Origin: an uncultured Planctomycetia bacterium
GTDB lineage: Bacteria; Omnitrophota; Gorgyraeia; Gorgyraeales; Gorgyraeaceae
Assembly (NCBI GenBank): GCA_964652265.1
Contig: CAZZAL010000004.1
Coordinates: 590-64,589, forward strand
Length of the DNA stretch: 64,000 bases
Direction of reading: 5' to 3'
In this document: one piece after another, positions 34,124 through 42,542 of the stretch
Position numbering within the stretch: position 1 is the first letter of the stretch
Layout of the letters: every line of letters starts with the position of its first letter
Made by a program: the position numbers and the translations under genes
Notes under the pieces: generated by a model
What the model saw: the letters and a program-made list of their open reading frames with translations, nothing else
The model's database searches: none
What the model was told of the DNA's origin: nothing

Positions 34124-35029
34124 CTACATCCCCAATGTTGCCAGTAAAACTGCGACGCTAGCTATAAGCGTCATCTTGCCCCAGAAAAATCTCATTGCCT
34201 GATCAATCCTCACGCGAGGATTTGTATTCCTCATAAGAATTATAACCACCAATAAAATCACGTACTTCCATATGCTAAACCCGCCCCAAAATACCGTGGT
34301 CAAAAATACTGGGAGCGCGACCATCATCATTGTCTTTGTGAGTTTCAGAATAGCCAAAAGCATACCTGAATATTCTATATAAGCCCCTGCCATTATCTCT
34401 GTCTCTGCCTCGCCCATATCAAACGGCACAAGTCCCAATTTTGCCTGCATGCAAAATATCGCTACCAAAATCGCCAGAACTCCAGAGAAATTTGAAACAA
34501 ACGCGCCATTTGCTGCCTGAAAAGCAATTAAATCCGTCAACCTCAATAACCCGTTGCTTTTAATAATAGGCACGATAAGGGCTATAATAAAAGGTAATTC
34601 ATAAGCAAGGATTAATTTTATCTCTCTTGATGCGCCAAGAGATGCCAGTGGATTGCCGCTTGCTGATGAGCCCAATATAAGTGCGATCGCCGGCAATGTC
34701 AATAGATACAGGATAACGATAAGGTCTCCTGTAAAACCACTCGCACCCAATTCTATATTCGCCAACCATATAAAGGTAGATGCCAGTATAACTGCGCTAA
34801 GTCCCATGAGCGGAGAAAAGAAAAATACCAGCTTTGAAGCTCCCCTTGGAACAGTTATCTCCTTTATACTCAATTTCACCAGATCAACAAAAGGCTGATA
34901 CCATGGCGGTCCCACCCTCCATTGTACACGGGCAGTTACCTTGCGATCTATCCAGCTCGCTAGGAGGCCTACTGCAGCTGTAAATAAAAATCCAGGAAAT
35001 ACTATGAAATTAAATAAATGTCTCATCAT
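34124..35029 (-). CDS. NuoH/MbhM/HycD-like membrane subunit
   Basis: ~300 aa, 8 TM helices, RKVTARVQWRVGPP motif. I prefer the ATG at 35029, which forms an ATGA overlap with the upstream gene. Confidence 0.8.
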   Translation of the reverse strand: MMRHLFNFIVFPGFLFTAAVGLLASWIDRKVTARVQWRVGPPWYQPFVDLVKLSIKEITVPRGASKLVFFFSPLMGLSAVILASTFIWLANIELGASGFTGDLIVILYLLTLPAIALILGSSASGNPLASLGASREIKLILAYELPFIIALIVPIIKSNGLLRLTDLIAFQAANGAFVSNFSGVLAILVAIFCMQAKLGLVPFDMGEAETEIMAGAYIEYSGMLLAILKLTKTMMMVALPVFLTTVFWGGFSIWKYVILLVVIILMRNTNPRVRIDQAMRFFWGKMTLIASVAVLLATLGM

Positions 35030-35508
35030 GGGTGAAGCTTCTTCCACGCCTTTGCGTACACGGCTATATTTTTACCTACTAAATATATATCGTCTTTTTC
35101 TGAGGGTTTTACATCTATAAATTTCACCGCACCATCAACAGAGCAAGTCTTCGCGCAGAGCGGCTCATCCTTCTTGCAACGATCAATACATTCATCGCAC
35201 TGCGACGTTATATAAGGTACTGTCTCTAGTGGTATTGTGCCAAAAGGGCATGCCAGGCTACATGACTTGCACGATACGCAGCGCATTGTGTAGCGCTTCA
35301 CTGTACCGTCAGAATCTTTTTCCAGTGCCTCTTTTGGACACGCGTTTATGCAAGGTGCCTCTTCGCACTTCCTGCAGATATACCTAAACTGGCCTATCTC
35401 TCTAAGACGGATCACTCCGTCATTTCCAGGGTGATAATAGTAACTGCACTTTGCTGTAGGTTTTTCGCAACTATATAATTTTTCAAGGTCTACAAGTAAG
35501 CGCTTCAT
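35026..35508 (-). CDS. poly-ferredoxin-like Fe-S protein (HycB/CooF-like)
   Basis: 160 aa with CRKCEEAPCINACP, CVSCKSCSLACP and CDECIDRC...C motifs. Confidence 0.7.
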   Translation of the reverse strand: MKRLLVDLEKLYSCEKPTAKCSYYYHPGNDGVIRLREIGQFRYICRKCEEAPCINACPKEALEKDSDGTVKRYTMRCVSCKSCSLACPFGTIPLETVPYITSQCDECIDRCKKDEPLCAKTCSVDGAVKFIDVKPSEKDDIYLVGKNIAVYAKAWKKLHP

Positions 35509-35511
35509 ATG

Positions 35512-36336
35512 CTAATCCCAGATTTCGTGGATATTGCTTATCTTATCGTACCTGAATACTGGCCCGTCTTTACAGACATAGAAATTTCCGAGCCTGCAAT
35601 GACCGCACTTGCCAAAACCACAACTCATATTCTTTTCCATCGATAGATATATCTGTTCTTCCTTGTATCCTATCTCGATAAGCTTAAAAGTGCTGAATTT
35701 CATCATGATCGGAGGGCCACATACCACCGCAACGCTATTCTTAAGATCTATCTTTAGGTTGTCCAGGGTAGTAGTTACAAGACCTTCTTTGCCCTTCCAG
35801 TCCTTGTCTTTCTTATCAACCGTGATCCTGAAATTGACCTTTTTATCTATCTTCTGCCATTTATCCAGCACGCTTTCCTTATATATAATGTCAGATGGGG
35901 TCCTGGAACCGCAGCAAAATGTTATGCTCTTGTATTTCTTCACATCATGGACCAGGGCTAAGAATAGAGATCTTAACGGTGCCAGTCCCACGCCTCCTCC
36001 GACCAATAAAACATCTTTTCCTTCATAATCAGAAAGAGGGTATTCGTTTCCATAAGGTCCGCGTAGCCCCACTGTATCGCCTTTTTTTAGATCATGGATC
36101 TTTCCGGTAATCTGACCTGCCTTCATAATACTAATCTCCAGCTTTTGTTTTTCATGCGGAGAAGAAGAAGGAGTAAAAGGTGCCTCGCCCAGACCTGGCA
36201 CAGTCATCTCCATAAACTGGCCTGCTTTAAAAGACAGCGGGGTTTCTGGTTTAAGAGTAACTGTCTTGATCGTAGAACTTTCTTCGCAGATACCCAAAAC
36301 CTCTGTCTTTACCGGAGCATAAGGATTATCTATCAT
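35512..36336 (-). CDS. FNR-fold FAD/NAD(P)-binding oxidoreductase with a C-terminal [2Fe-2S] (sulfhydrogenase gamma HydG / AsrB / PyrK-like)
   Basis: 274 aa. LLVGGGVGLAPL nucleotide-binding loop and CGFGKCGHCRLGNFYVC cluster motif. Confidence 0.75.
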   Translation of the reverse strand: MIDNPYAPVKTEVLGICEESSTIKTVTLKPETPLSFKAGQFMEMTVPGLGEAPFTPSSSPHEKQKLEISIMKAGQITGKIHDLKKGDTVGLRGPYGNEYPLSDYEGKDVLLVGGGVGLAPLRSLFLALVHDVKKYKSITFCCGSRTPSDIIYKESVLDKWQKIDKKVNFRITVDKKDKDWKGKEGLVTTTLDNLKIDLKNSVAVVCGPPIMMKFSTFKLIEIGYKEEQIYLSMEKNMSCGFGKCGHCRLGNFYVCKDGPVFRYDKISNIHEIWD

Positions 36337-37367
36337 AACTTACTCAACACTTCCCTGATATCTATCTTTCCCGGACATGCCTCAGTGCATCTTCCGCAAC
36401 CAGTGCAGCCAAATTTCCCAATCACATCAGGGAAAAAATTAAACTTCTTATCAAAACGGTTTCTCAGGCGCTCGGCCAGAAGCTTTCTTGGGTTCGCCCC
36501 GCCCGCAACCCTTGCAAAAGACAAGAGAAGGCATGAATCCCACAGCCTGAGTCTTTCGAATCCCTTACCAACATCTTGGTCCTTTAGAATAAAGCAGTGG
36601 CATGCCGGACAAATCATATTGCATGCACCGCATTCGACGCAAGTCTTTATTGTTTCTTCCCATAGCCTTGAGTCAAATTTTTTCTTGAAACCTTCTTGTA
36701 TAGAATCCTTTTTCGGGATTTTACTTTCCTTTACGTGTTCCAAAAGGCTTTCTTTTAATTTCTTCCTGTTTTCCGCTTTTTTTTCAGTATAAAGATTAGC
36801 ACTCTGAAACAACTTAAAATATTCCTTTATTATTTTTTCTCCTTTTTCAGAACCTACCTCTATCACATATCCGCTAGCCACCTCTGAAAGATTTATATCA
36901 AAGTCTTCGCTCGGATAAGGCATTATGCCTAAGGCGACGCAAAAACAACTCCCGCCATACAACGTGCAATCACTTGAGATTATCAGTCCTTCTTCTCTCC
37001 TAGAGACATATAGAGGATCCTTAAGGGGATCCTGCATGTATACATAATCCATTATCTTAAGCGAGGCCAGGTCACACGACTTGGCCCCTATTATCGCTAT
37101 AGGCCTTGATTTTTTCTCAGGAGTAGCTTCAGAAAAATAATCTGATACCTTTGTGCGGGCAGGAAAATAAAAACTCTTTATGGTCTGGACCGCTCTTATC
37201 TCTCCAACGACAACATCCTCAAACCCTTCGTCTCTTACTCTTCTGTAAGATATCTTATCTTCGGATTTTACAGGAATATAGACCCTGTATGTCTTGGAAA
37301 GCGACTTGGCTAGCCTATCAAGATTCGGCCTGTTGATAAAATACGTGTTCAACGAAGTACCTTTCAA
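36333..37367 (-). CDS. 4Fe-4S dicluster protein (sulfhydrogenase beta HydB / AsrA-like)
   Basis: 344 aa with CVECGACNMICPACHC and CTGCGRCTEACP motifs. The track start is a TTG. A second TTG five codons downstream has GAAAGG upstream, so the start is uncertain. Confidence 0.7.
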   Translation of the reverse strand: MKGTSLNTYFINRPNLDRLAKSLSKTYRVYIPVKSEDKISYRRVRDEGFEDVVVGEIRAVQTIKSFYFPARTKVSDYFSEATPEKKSRPIAIIGAKSCDLASLKIMDYVYMQDPLKDPLYVSRREEGLIISSDCTLYGGSCFCVALGIMPYPSEDFDINLSEVASGYVIEVGSEKGEKIIKEYFKLFQSANLYTEKKAENRKKLKESLLEHVKESKIPKKDSIQEGFKKKFDSRLWEETIKTCVECGACNMICPACHCFILKDQDVGKGFERLRLWDSCLLLSFARVAGGANPRKLLAERLRNRFDKKFNFFPDVIGKFGCTGCGRCTEACPGKIDIREVLSKL

Positions 37368-37375
37368 GAAATGAC

Positions 37376-37395
37376 TTTGTGAAAATTATCACAAA
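37376..37395. promoter_or_regulatory. CRP/FNR-type palindrome TTTGTGA-aaatta-TCACAAA in the operon leader
   Basis: An exact TGTGA-N6-TCACA core lies 8 nt upstream of the first start codon and downstream of the predicted -10 element. Confidence 0.45.
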
Positions 37396-37428
37396 CTTTT
37401 AAAAAAATAAAAGACAACTTAAGTTATG

Positions 37429-37456
37429 ATTATAATACAAAGCTAGTTTATGTCAA
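37429..37456 (-). promoter_or_regulatory. consensus sigma70 promoter of the hydrogenase operon
   Basis: Minus strand reads TTGACA-16 nt-TATAAT. Confidence 0.6.
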
Positions 37457-37481
37457 GTAAAAAATAACTTTGCGTTTTTAA

Positions 37482-37889
37482 TTAAAAATGTAACTCCATT
37501 GCTCGGGGTGGACATGCCTTTATGCATAGCTCACAAGCAATACACTTCTCGCTATAGAACTCAACCTTACGCGTCTTTGTATCTATCACGAGCGCCTCTG
37601 TCGGACATATCGGAACACATGCGCCGCAATGAGTACACTTTACCTCATTCCGCTTTATATCCTTAGAAAGCGGCTGCACGCTAACGCCCAGAGATTTTGC
37701 AAACGCTATGGCCTTATTAAATTTCTTATCCTCACCTGTAAGTTCAAGTACAAGAAGCCCTTCTTCTCTCGGCGTAACATAGGCTTTCAATATATTAAAC
37801 TCGAGGTCGTAATCTTTCACCATCCTGTAAATTACCGGTTGATCCACGAGCCTATGCGGAAATTTTAACACTATCCTCTCTGACTTCAT
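37482..37889 (-). CDS. NIL domain - 2x[4Fe-4S] ferredoxin fusion protein
   Basis: The N-terminus RIVLKFPHRLVDQPVIYRMVKDYDLEFNILKA is NIL-like, followed by CTHCGACVPICP and CIACELCIKACP. I prefer the ATG at 37889, which has GGAGGGG upstream. Confidence 0.75.
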   Translation of the reverse strand: MKSERIVLKFPHRLVDQPVIYRMVKDYDLEFNILKAYVTPREEGLLVLELTGEDKKFNKAIAFAKSLGVSVQPLSKDIKRNEVKCTHCGACVPICPTEALVIDTKTRKVEFYSEKCIACELCIKACPPRAMELHF

Positions 37890-37929
37890 ATTCCCCTCCA
37901 TCTTAAATTTACATACCAAAAGTGTAAAG

Positions 37930-38661
37930 TTAGGCTAATTCTATATTGCCAGATACGCCGAAATCCTTTTTATAAACTATCAATGCTCCGCGTATTTCTT
38001 TTATAGAAATAGCAAATTTAAGCGCGGGTTTAATATCTTCTTTCTTCTTCACCCTATTACATGTAGCTGTAGCAACTGCGTCTGCCAAGGATGCAGACTG
38101 AGCCATTATAACACAGGCATCTGCTTTTCCAAAGCTCAAAGAATGTCCTATAGTGCCTGATGATGTACATACGCCAACCGGCGTATCCTCTGGCTTTACC
38201 TTTATAGAAAGTTTGTTACTAAGAGGTGACCCTCCGGCAAAAATTGTTATAGTGCGTTCCTTGCCGGAAGAGATAAAAATGTCTCCTCCGTTCTCTACGA
38301 TAATTTGCTTCGAATACGACAAAAGCTCTTTTCCTGTAAACTCTGCGACTGCGCCTGCGACACTAGCCATTGGTCCAACACCTGCTGCTTTTGAAGCGAG
38401 AATCATATCTTTTATAATCTCAGAAGCAGGTAAAACCAAATCCAATGGCTCAAGATTAGTTTTAAAATCAGGGTGCCTTCTTATATAATCTTCTATCTCA
38501 GTTCTATACTTTTCAACAAGTTTTTCTGCAATATCCTTTACATCCTTTTCTGCAGAAATAAGAATGTCTGTCTCGCCAACAATCACTTCTTGTGTAATGA
38601 GGTCTCTAGACGCTGTCCATTTCCTATAAAATCTCTCTTGGTAGCCTTTACTCTTAGCCAT
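37930..38661 (-). CDS. UPF0280 (ApbE-superfamily, COG2122-type) protein
   Basis: 243 aa. The N-terminus YQERFYRKWTASRDLITQEVIVGETDILISAEKD is typical of UPF0280. Confidence 0.65.
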   Translation of the reverse strand: MAKSKGYQERFYRKWTASRDLITQEVIVGETDILISAEKDVKDIAEKLVEKYRTEIEDYIRRHPDFKTNLEPLDLVLPASEIIKDMILASKAAGVGPMASVAGAVAEFTGKELLSYSKQIIVENGGDIFISSGKERTITIFAGGSPLSNKLSIKVKPEDTPVGVCTSSGTIGHSLSFGKADACVIMAQSASLADAVATATCNRVKKKEDIKPALKFAISIKEIRGALIVYKKDFGVSGNIELA

Positions 38662-38662
38662 G

Positions 38663-39007
38663 TTAAACTATCTCTACAGAGTCCACATTGATCCCGATGC
38701 CAGAGATTACATCGTTAACGTTACTTTTGCACCTCGGGCAACCTTTTAACCCTTCTTGCCCCTTAAATTCAGTACTGCAGTCTTTACACCTAAACCGCGC
38801 CTCAACAGTTTTAAAATTTAATTTCGCATTTTTAAGAAGGCTACTTTTTGTCCGTTCTCTAAAATGAAATTCGAAATGCTCTGGACTGATATGCTCGAGC
38901 TCTCCTATAGATATATTAACACTCTTAACCTTTGATATCTCTTTTTTGTCCCTTAATTTAGCGCTAATCGCGCTTAAGATATCATCCATAATCCCTATCT
39001 CATGCAT
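38663..39007 (-). CDS. hypA: hydrogenase nickel-insertion protein HypA
   Basis: MHEIGIMDDIL N-terminus, plus CKDC...CPRC zinc-site motifs. Confidence 0.85.
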   Translation of the reverse strand: MHEIGIMDDILSAISAKLRDKKEISKVKSVNISIGELEHISPEHFEFHFRERTKSSLLKNAKLNFKTVEARFRCKDCSTEFKGQEGLKGCPRCKSNVNDVISGIGINVDSVEIV

Positions 39008-39061
39008 TGTTTCTCCTTACGGCAAGTTCAAGGCTGAACATTAAACTATATAAACTCAAAA

Positions 39062-40051
39062 TCAGCAAATGCGTGGAAGTTGTTCACCCTGTAACATATC
39101 CAAAATACGCGTACCGCCAACCATGGTCTTAAGATAAACTCTTTTGCGCTTAACTTTGTCCACTTCGCCTATTATTTTACTGTTTTTCCCAAGCGGATGT
39201 CTTCTCATGCGGGATAAAATCTTCGACGCAGAGTTTCTAGACACTACTGCTAAAACCTTGCCTTCGTTCGCCATATAAAGTGAATCTAAACCCAATGCCT
39301 CGCATAATGCCTTTACAGATTCCTTCACAGGAATCCTTGACTCATCTATGCTGATATTATAACCGCATTCCTGTGCTATCTCATTTAATGTAGTAGCAAG
39401 TCCTCCTCTTGTAGGATCCCTCATAAATCTTACATCTCTACAGATTATCGAAGATACCAAACTATTGAGAGACGCACAGTCACTAAAGAGCTTTGATTTA
39501 AATTTTAGCTCTTCCCTTGCAACAAGCACAGCCAACGCATGATCTCCTACCGTACCGTTTATTATGATTTTATCACCAGGCTTTATATAACCTGCTCCAA
39601 GCCTAGCTTCTTTAAAAATCTCTCCGATACCAGAGGTATTTATAAAAATTTTATCAACAGCACCTTTCTCGACCACCTTAAAATCTCCAGCGACTACGCT
39701 GACACCTGAACTCTTGCAGGTATCTTTTATTGATAATGTTATCCTCTCCAGATCTTTATAATCAAACCCTTCTTCAACGATCATACCACAGGATAAATAC
39801 TTAGGTCTGGCACCAGACACGCATAAATCATTAACTGTCCCACAGACAGCCAGTTTTCCTATGTCGCCTCCCGGAAAAAATATAGGGTTAATAACAAATG
39901 AATCTGTAGTATAGGCTAAATTTTTATCGATTAATGCAGCATCTCCTAATTTATTCAAAAAAGGATTTGCCAGGTTCTTGAGGAACAATCCTTTTATCAA
40001 ATCATGCATTAGACTTCCGCCGCTTCCATGGGATAAGGTTATCTTTTTCAT
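39062..40051 (-). CDS. hypE: hydrogenase maturation protein HypE
   Basis: 329 aa with an AIR-synthase-like fold. LSHGSGG near the N-terminus and the invariant C-terminal PRIC. Confidence 0.9.
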   Translation of the reverse strand: MKKITLSHGSGGSLMHDLIKGLFLKNLANPFLNKLGDAALIDKNLAYTTDSFVINPIFFPGGDIGKLAVCGTVNDLCVSGARPKYLSCGMIVEEGFDYKDLERITLSIKDTCKSSGVSVVAGDFKVVEKGAVDKIFINTSGIGEIFKEARLGAGYIKPGDKIIINGTVGDHALAVLVAREELKFKSKLFSDCASLNSLVSSIICRDVRFMRDPTRGGLATTLNEIAQECGYNISIDESRIPVKESVKALCEALGLDSLYMANEGKVLAVVSRNSASKILSRMRRHPLGKNSKIIGEVDKVKRKRVYLKTMVGGTRILDMLQGEQLPRIC

Positions 40052-41136
40052 CGTCGATATTTATAATACGCTGCGCAAGTACCTTCGCTTGAAACCATAC
40101 ACGCGCCAACAGGTTTTAAAGGAGTGCATTTTTTAGCAAATAATCTGCAATCGAACGGTGTCTTTATACCTTTAAGGACGCTACCACAGATGCATCCCGT
40201 ATCAGGCAGGGTCTTTATCTTCGGCAATCGAAATGTACTCTCGGCATCAAACGAAGAATATTTTTTATTCAACATCAATCCGCTTTTTGGCAACACGCCT
40301 ATGCCGCGCCACTCAGAATTTCTTCTCGAAAAAACCTCATCCATAAGGCCAAGGCCTTTTTTGTTCCCAGATTTTTTAACCACCCTTTTATACTGATTTT
40401 TAACAGACGCTTTTCCTGAAGTGATCTGTTCTGTAAGCATCAGAATGCCCTGCAGCACATCAAGCGGTTCAAAACCAGTCACCACGCATGGTATCCTGTA
40501 TTTTCTGGCAATAACCTCATAAGGCCTTGTTCCGATTATAGCACTCACATGCGCAGGACATAAAAACCCGTCTATATTTATTCCCTTATCTTCGACTAAT
40601 GCCCTCATCGCAGGCAATACGACCTTGTGACCTGCATATACAAAAAAATTCTTTATCTTTTTTTTCTTTGCATACACTACACTCGATGCAATAGTAGGTG
40701 TCGTAGTTTCAAAACCTATACCGAGAAAAATTATATTTCTATCAGGGTGCTTTTCAGCAAGTTCGACTGCATCCAGACAAGAATACACAACCTTTACTTT
40801 GCCTCCCTTTGCCTTTTCCTCTGCCAGACTAGAATGCGAACCAGGAACCCTCATCATATCACCAAAAGTAGCTATAATAACGCCAGGGATACTGCAAAAT
40901 CCAATTGCCCTGTCAATATAAGCTTTTGGAGTAACGCAAACAGGACAACCTGGTCCAGAAATAAGATTTATACTATCAGGCAATAGGCTTCGAATCCCAA
41001 ACTTACAGATAGACATAGTATGAGTACCGCATACCTCCATGATATTCATACGCCTCAGGCCCTTTGTCTTCCTAAAAATAACACCTGAAATATCCTTTGC
41101 TATTCTATTATTCCTGAATTCGTCTATATATCTCAT
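40048..41136 (-). CDS. hypD: hydrogenase maturation protein HypD
   Basis: GPGCPVCVTP and GFETTTPT motifs. Confidence 0.9.
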   Translation of the reverse strand: MRYIDEFRNNRIAKDISGVIFRKTKGLRRMNIMEVCGTHTMSICKFGIRSLLPDSINLISGPGCPVCVTPKAYIDRAIGFCSIPGVIIATFGDMMRVPGSHSSLAEEKAKGGKVKVVYSCLDAVELAEKHPDRNIIFLGIGFETTTPTIASSVVYAKKKKIKNFFVYAGHKVVLPAMRALVEDKGINIDGFLCPAHVSAIIGTRPYEVIARKYRIPCVVTGFEPLDVLQGILMLTEQITSGKASVKNQYKRVVKKSGNKKGLGLMDEVFSRRNSEWRGIGVLPKSGLMLNKKYSSFDAESTFRLPKIKTLPDTGCICGSVLKGIKTPFDCRLFAKKCTPLKPVGACMVSSEGTCAAYYKYRR

Positions 41137-41342
41137 CTGGTCTCTTCTAATATGCGCAATGTCTCTTCTGCTTCTTTTGGATCAAGTTTTTCTATTGCAA
41201 AACCTGCGTGAACCATCACATAATCGCCTATCTTAGGCCTAGTCAAGAAATTGACAGCGATCCTGCGTTTTACTGTCCCGGCAGAGACCACTGCCCTATC
41301 ACCCTCTATCTTTAAAATCTTCATTGGTATTGCCAAACACAT
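41133..41342 (-). CDS. hypC: hydrogenase maturation chaperone HypC
   Basis: 69 aa with the MCLAIPMKI N-terminus. Confidence 0.9.
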   Translation of the reverse strand: MCLAIPMKILKIEGDRAVVSAGTVKRRIAVNFLTRPKIGDYVMVHAGFAIEKLDPKEAEETLRILEETR

Positions 41343-41344
41343 CT

Positions 41345-42481
41345 CTATCGTCTCGCAGCCAATACTGCCTGGCCCAATGCAATGTTTCCGTCATGGACTG
41401 GTACACTTTTGTTAAAATATACCTTAAATCCGCTCTCACCTAGAAGCACTTTTACATTACGCGCTATATACTTATTTTGAAACACGCCACCGCTCATAGA
41501 AACCTTGTCCATCTTGTATTTCTTCCTCAATAATTTAGAGACATCCCTTACCATATAACAGATGGCATTGTGAAATTTTAAAGAAATCTCAGGCTTACTT
41601 TTTTTAACTTGTAGATCCTTGATGATACCTTTAATCACTGGAGTCCAATCTATCACAATAACTCCTTTTTCCTCTTTATATCTAAAATTATAACTACTGT
41701 GTGGCGCAAGACATGAAGGGTGAGGCAAGATCTCTTTTTCCAGTTCAATCGCTGCCTGGCCAACATATCTTGCAACACCGCAAATACCTAAAAGCGCAGA
41801 AACAGCATCAAAAAGCCTACCTATGCTTGAAGTTAGCGGAGAATTTATATTTTTGTCTATAATCTGCGCAAGGAGTTCTGTATTAGCATTGTTTAACCTC
41901 GTCAAAAAATCCAACTTTAGATGTTTAAGCCTCCAGCTGTATATACTATAAAGGTAACTGAATGCCATGCGCCATGGTTCCCTGATAGATGCCTCCCCTC
42001 CGGGCATGGGAATATACTTTAACTGCGCGACTCTTTTAAAGCCACCGAGAGTGCCTATAAAAAACTCGCCTCCCCAGATATTGCCGTCCAGGCCAAATCC
42101 TGTACCATCAAAAGCAATGCCTATCACCTTACCTTTAATATCATTATCTACTATGCAGCTTGCTATATGAGCATGGTGATGCTGAACCGGCCTAAGGCTT
42201 AAACCTTGAGATTCCGCTATATCGTTTGCTAGCTTAGTTGAGGCGTACCCTGGGTGTAAATCACATGCAATGATTCTTGGCCTTGCTTTAAGGCCATTTT
42301 GAGCTTTTTTTAGTCTGGCTTCGAAGACCCTGGTGCCTTCCAGACTAGTTAACCCTCCGTCAGGTTTTGAAACATATGCTGTACTACCTTTAACAAAACA
42401 AAAGCTAGCCTTGGCCTCGGCGCCTAATGCTAAAACATCATATTTTATTTTATGCGGTAGATCTACCTTTATATAATCCAT
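41345..42481 (-). CDS. hypF: HypF-like carbamoyltransferase, C-terminal Kae1-like domain only
   Basis: 378 aa. VLALGAEAKASFCF..., ACDLHPGYASTKLA and VQHHHAHIASC match the C-terminal half of HypF. No acylphosphatase, zinc-finger or YrdC-like segments are present. Confidence 0.75.
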   Translation of the reverse strand: MDYIKVDLPHKIKYDVLALGAEAKASFCFVKGSTAYVSKPDGGLTSLEGTRVFEARLKKAQNGLKARPRIIACDLHPGYASTKLANDIAESQGLSLRPVQHHHAHIASCIVDNDIKGKVIGIAFDGTGFGLDGNIWGGEFFIGTLGGFKRVAQLKYIPMPGGEASIREPWRMAFSYLYSIYSWRLKHLKLDFLTRLNNANTELLAQIIDKNINSPLTSSIGRLFDAVSALLGICGVARYVGQAAIELEKEILPHPSCLAPHSSYNFRYKEEKGVIVIDWTPVIKGIIKDLQVKKSKPEISLKFHNAICYMVRDVSKLLRKKYKMDKVSMSGGVFQNKYIARNVKVLLGESGFKVYFNKSVPVHDGNIALGQAVLAARR

Positions 42482-42542
42482 GACTAAAATAATTACCCAA
42501 ATCTTATAATATTAAAAATGGGTAACTAAAAATAAACTCTTA

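Noticed and set aside
36094-36792. 232-aa plus-strand ORF in the ORF track
   Set aside because: It is entirely antisense to the well-supported HydG-like and HydB-like genes. Its composition is Ser/Leu/Phe/Arg-rich and low in complexity, with no motifs. This is a typical shadow ORF of an AT-rich coding region.
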